Shown here: positions 61,972 through 64,000 of the stretch, one piece after another | Layout of the letters: the number at the start of each line of letters is the position of its first letter | Numbering within the stretch: position 1 is the first letter of the stretch | NCBI GenBank assembly: GCA_022822625.1 | Contig: JAJEAV010000026.1 | Location: 17,138 to 81,137 of the forward strand | Direction: 5' to 3' | Source: Gammaproteobacteria bacterium | Lineage (GTDB): Bacteria > Pseudomonadota > Gammaproteobacteria > Arenicellales > Poriferihabitantaceae | Length of the DNA: 64,000 nucleotides | Program-made: the position numbers and the translations under genes | The notes under the pieces: model-generated | Told to the model about the DNA's origin: nothing | The model's database searches: none | Seen by the model: only the letters and a program-made list of their open reading frames with translations

Positions 61972-62080
61972 GGTCAATCTCATAATGACAATCTTGGATT
62001 ATCGCAAATTCATGCCGAAAAATCCATAGGATTGACCAGATCACTGCTTCAATCGTAACGCTAACATGCAGTCATTGAAA

Positions 62081-62128
62081 TTGATTCAGCATTGATCATG
62101 CACCGATCATGCATTTACTGATAATGCA
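62081..62128. repeat. Imperfect 11-bp direct repeats upstream of aroQ-accB-accC
   Basis: TTGATTCAGCA (62081), TTGATCATGCA (62092), CCGATCATGCA (62103) and CTGATAATGCA (62118). Confidence 0.55.
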
Positions 62129-62146
62129 CAAATTCATTGATTTGCA

Positions 62147-62620
62147 CTAGATCGGCAAAGCTGTTGTGTACTTCATTTGCTCCATTGCAAAGGTTGAAGT
62201 CACGTCGGTCAAATCAATCCTGCTGATTATCTTTTTGTACAGATGATCAAACTCTGCAATGCTTGGTACAACAGCCCTTAATAGATAGTCTACTTCACCG
62301 CTCATTCGATACACCTCCATAATCTCGGGTATATCCGACATTTCAAATGCAAATTTTTCGGTCCATGCCATATTGTGCTGGTCCGTCTTGATTGCAATGA
62401 ATACGGTGACGTCAGTTCCAATCATGCGTTGATCCAATAATGCAACATTGGCACGTATTACCCCACTTTCCGTGAGATTTCGAACCCGTTTCCAACAGGG
62501 GGTCGGCGATAGGTTTACTCGCTTTGAAAGCTCTTTAATCGACATGCTGGAATCCCGTTGCAAATAATACAATATTTTTTTATTTGGCTCATCAAGATAA
62601 AAATCTTTTTTATTTTTCAT
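62147..62620 (-). CDS. Lrp/AsnC family transcriptional regulator (DecR/YbaO-like)
   Basis: LSPTPCWKRV, EVYRMSGEVDYLL, LYK.II and DVTSTFAMEQMKYTTALP. Confidence 0.9.
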   Translation of the reverse strand: MKNKKDFYLDEPNKKILYYLQRDSSMSIKELSKRVNLSPTPCWKRVRNLTESGVIRANVALLDQRMIGTDVTVFIAIKTDQHNMAWTEKFAFEMSDIPEIMEVYRMSGEVDYLLRAVVPSIAEFDHLYKKIISRIDLTDVTSTFAMEQMKYTTALPI

Positions 62621-62754
62621 AATAATAATAATATTTTCTATAAAAAAGTGATTTTATCATAGAAAAAATAATTATTTTCTTTTTTGCATTGCCTTGTGTC
62701 GTATAGACGCATAGACTGCACCTTGCATTGTCAAACAGCGAATTTACAGGAAAA

Positions 62755-64000
62755 ATGTATCAGCCCGATTCTTTTGAAAAAGAGTTCTATCAGTCACGAG
62801 CCAACCAGTTTGCAAACCAGGTCAAGCGCTATCTTGATGGCAACCTTGATGCAGATGTATTTCAGCAACTGCGACTTCGTAATGGTTTGTATGTCGAAAG
62901 ATATTCTCCCATGATCCGGGTCGCAATTCCTTATGGTCAGTTGAATTCCGAACAGTTACGTGCTCTGGCCGATATCGCAGACCGCTATGACCGAAGCTAT
63001 GGACATTTCACAACCCGCCAGAACATACAGTTCAATTGGGTTACCATTGAAGATTCTCCCAACCTTTTACGTGATCTCGCCAAGGTTGGCATGCATGCAA
63101 TTCAGACAAGCGGCAGTTGTGTACGTAATATCACGACCGATCATCTGGCCGGTATATCTTCCGATGAAATGGTTGACCCACGCCCTTGGTGTGAACTGAT
63201 TCGGCAATGGTCTACCCTACATCCAGAGTTCTACTGGTTACCCAGAAAATTCAAGATTGCCATATCAGGCTCTATCGAAGACCGAGCAGCCGTTCGTTTT
63301 CATGATATCGGAATAGAACTCTATCGAGGTCCTGCGAATCAGACTCTGGCCCGAATTCTGGTAGGTGGCGGCATGGGGAGAACCCCGGTTATCGGGAAAG
63401 TGCTGAAAGAATCCCAGCCTGCCAAAAACCTACTCGCCTGGCTACAGGCAATTATCCACGTCTACAATAAACATGGGCGGCGAGATAACAAGTACAAGGC
63501 AAGAATCAAGATTCTGGTCAATGACCGTGGTATTGACCGTTTCCAGAAGGAAGTTGAAGGCGTCTACCAGAAGTACTTCGAGTTGCAAGGCGAATGGGAT
63601 GAAAAGCGCTTCATTGATATTGAAAACAGTTTCGCACCGCCAAGGCTTGATGATCATGCTGTTCCAACCAATATTATTCCGGTTCACAGTAATCATTTTC
63701 TGAAATGGAGGGAAACCAACACCGAAACTCACCAAGACCCGGATCGTGTAATTGTTCAATTGCCACTCAAGGCCAAAGGGGTGGCACCTGGCGATATGGA
63801 TTCAGAAAACATGCGGAATCTAGCGGACATTGCCGACTACTACAGTGGCGGCGAGATACGTGTTACCCATCGACAAAATCTTGTGTTGCCCTGGGTGCAC
63901 AGGAAACACCTGCATGCCATTTGGCAGCATCTTGATGAAATTCAGCTGGCGACCCCCAATCTTGGGATGCTCACCGATTCAATAGTTTGTCCCGGGCTTG
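62755..64000 (+). CDS. cysI: Nitrite/sulfite reductase hemoprotein (CysI-like), partial, continues past the right edge
   Basis: Absent from the ORF track. From ATG 62755 it reads MYQPDSFEKEF...LRLRNGLY...MIRVAIPYGQL...GHFTTRQNIQFNW...IQTSGSCVRN...LPRKFKIA...GGGMGRTP...RRDNKYKARIKIL. Confidence 0.88.
   Translation, partial: MYQPDSFEKEFYQSRANQFANQVKRYLDGNLDADVFQQLRLRNGLYVERYSPMIRVAIPYGQLNSEQLRALADIADRYDRSYGHFTTRQNIQFNWVTIEDSPNLLRDLAKVGMHAIQTSGSCVRNITTDHLAGISSDEMVDPRPWCELIRQWSTLHPEFYWLPRKFKIAISGSIEDRAAVRFHDIGIELYRGPANQTLARILVGGGMGRTPVIGKVLKESQPAKNLLAWLQAIIHVYNKHGRRDNKYKARIKILVNDRGIDRFQKEVEGVYQKYFELQGEWDEKRFIDIENSFAPPRLDDHAVPTNIIPVHSNHFLKWRETNTETHQDPDRVIVQLPLKAKGVAPGDMDSENMRNLADIADYYSGGEIRVTHRQNLVLPWVHRKHLHAIWQHLDEIQLATPNLGMLTDSIVCPGL

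Noticed and set aside
1-64000. CRISPR array, rRNA, riboswitch, integrase or transposase
   Set aside because: None recognised by eye on either strand; an Rfam/Infernal scan of the intergenic gaps would be needed to exclude small RNAs.

Overview
Bacterial chromosomal DNA, most likely a divergent gammaproteobacterium (fis, tsaC-hemF, lptD-surA, prmA-accC-accB-aroQ, mutS-fdxA). The left ~7.7 kb is accessory. It carries the 5' part of a BREX anti-phage locus (brxA-brxB-brxC, with brxC running off the left edge), and upstream of it an AAA ATPase/PD-(D/E)xK (AAA_14 + DUF4143-like) gene. That gene is preceded by a near-perfect 55-bp palindrome with two nested dyads around a TATAAT. A divergent CaiD-like hydratase / acyl-CoA ligase pair follows. 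The rest is mostly housekeeping: lepA-lepB, tRNA-Gln-prs-rplY-pth-ychF, dac-ybeD-lipB, murU, lptD-surA-ubiK, trmJ/suhB, mutS, fdxA, pepN, waaA, hemF-tsaC-purE-purD-purH-fis, prmA-accC-accB-aroQ, and an Lrp regulator divergent from a partial sulfite reductase. Inserted among these are an orphan NorD/CbbO-like VWA gene, a Rhizobium-type glycerol ABC/glpD/glpK cluster, a folE-hisI pair whose HisI lacks one zinc-ligand Cys, and convergent class I and class III PHA synthases. No CRISPR array, rRNA, integrase or intact transposase was seen. All calls come from motif recognition by eye; no database search was run.
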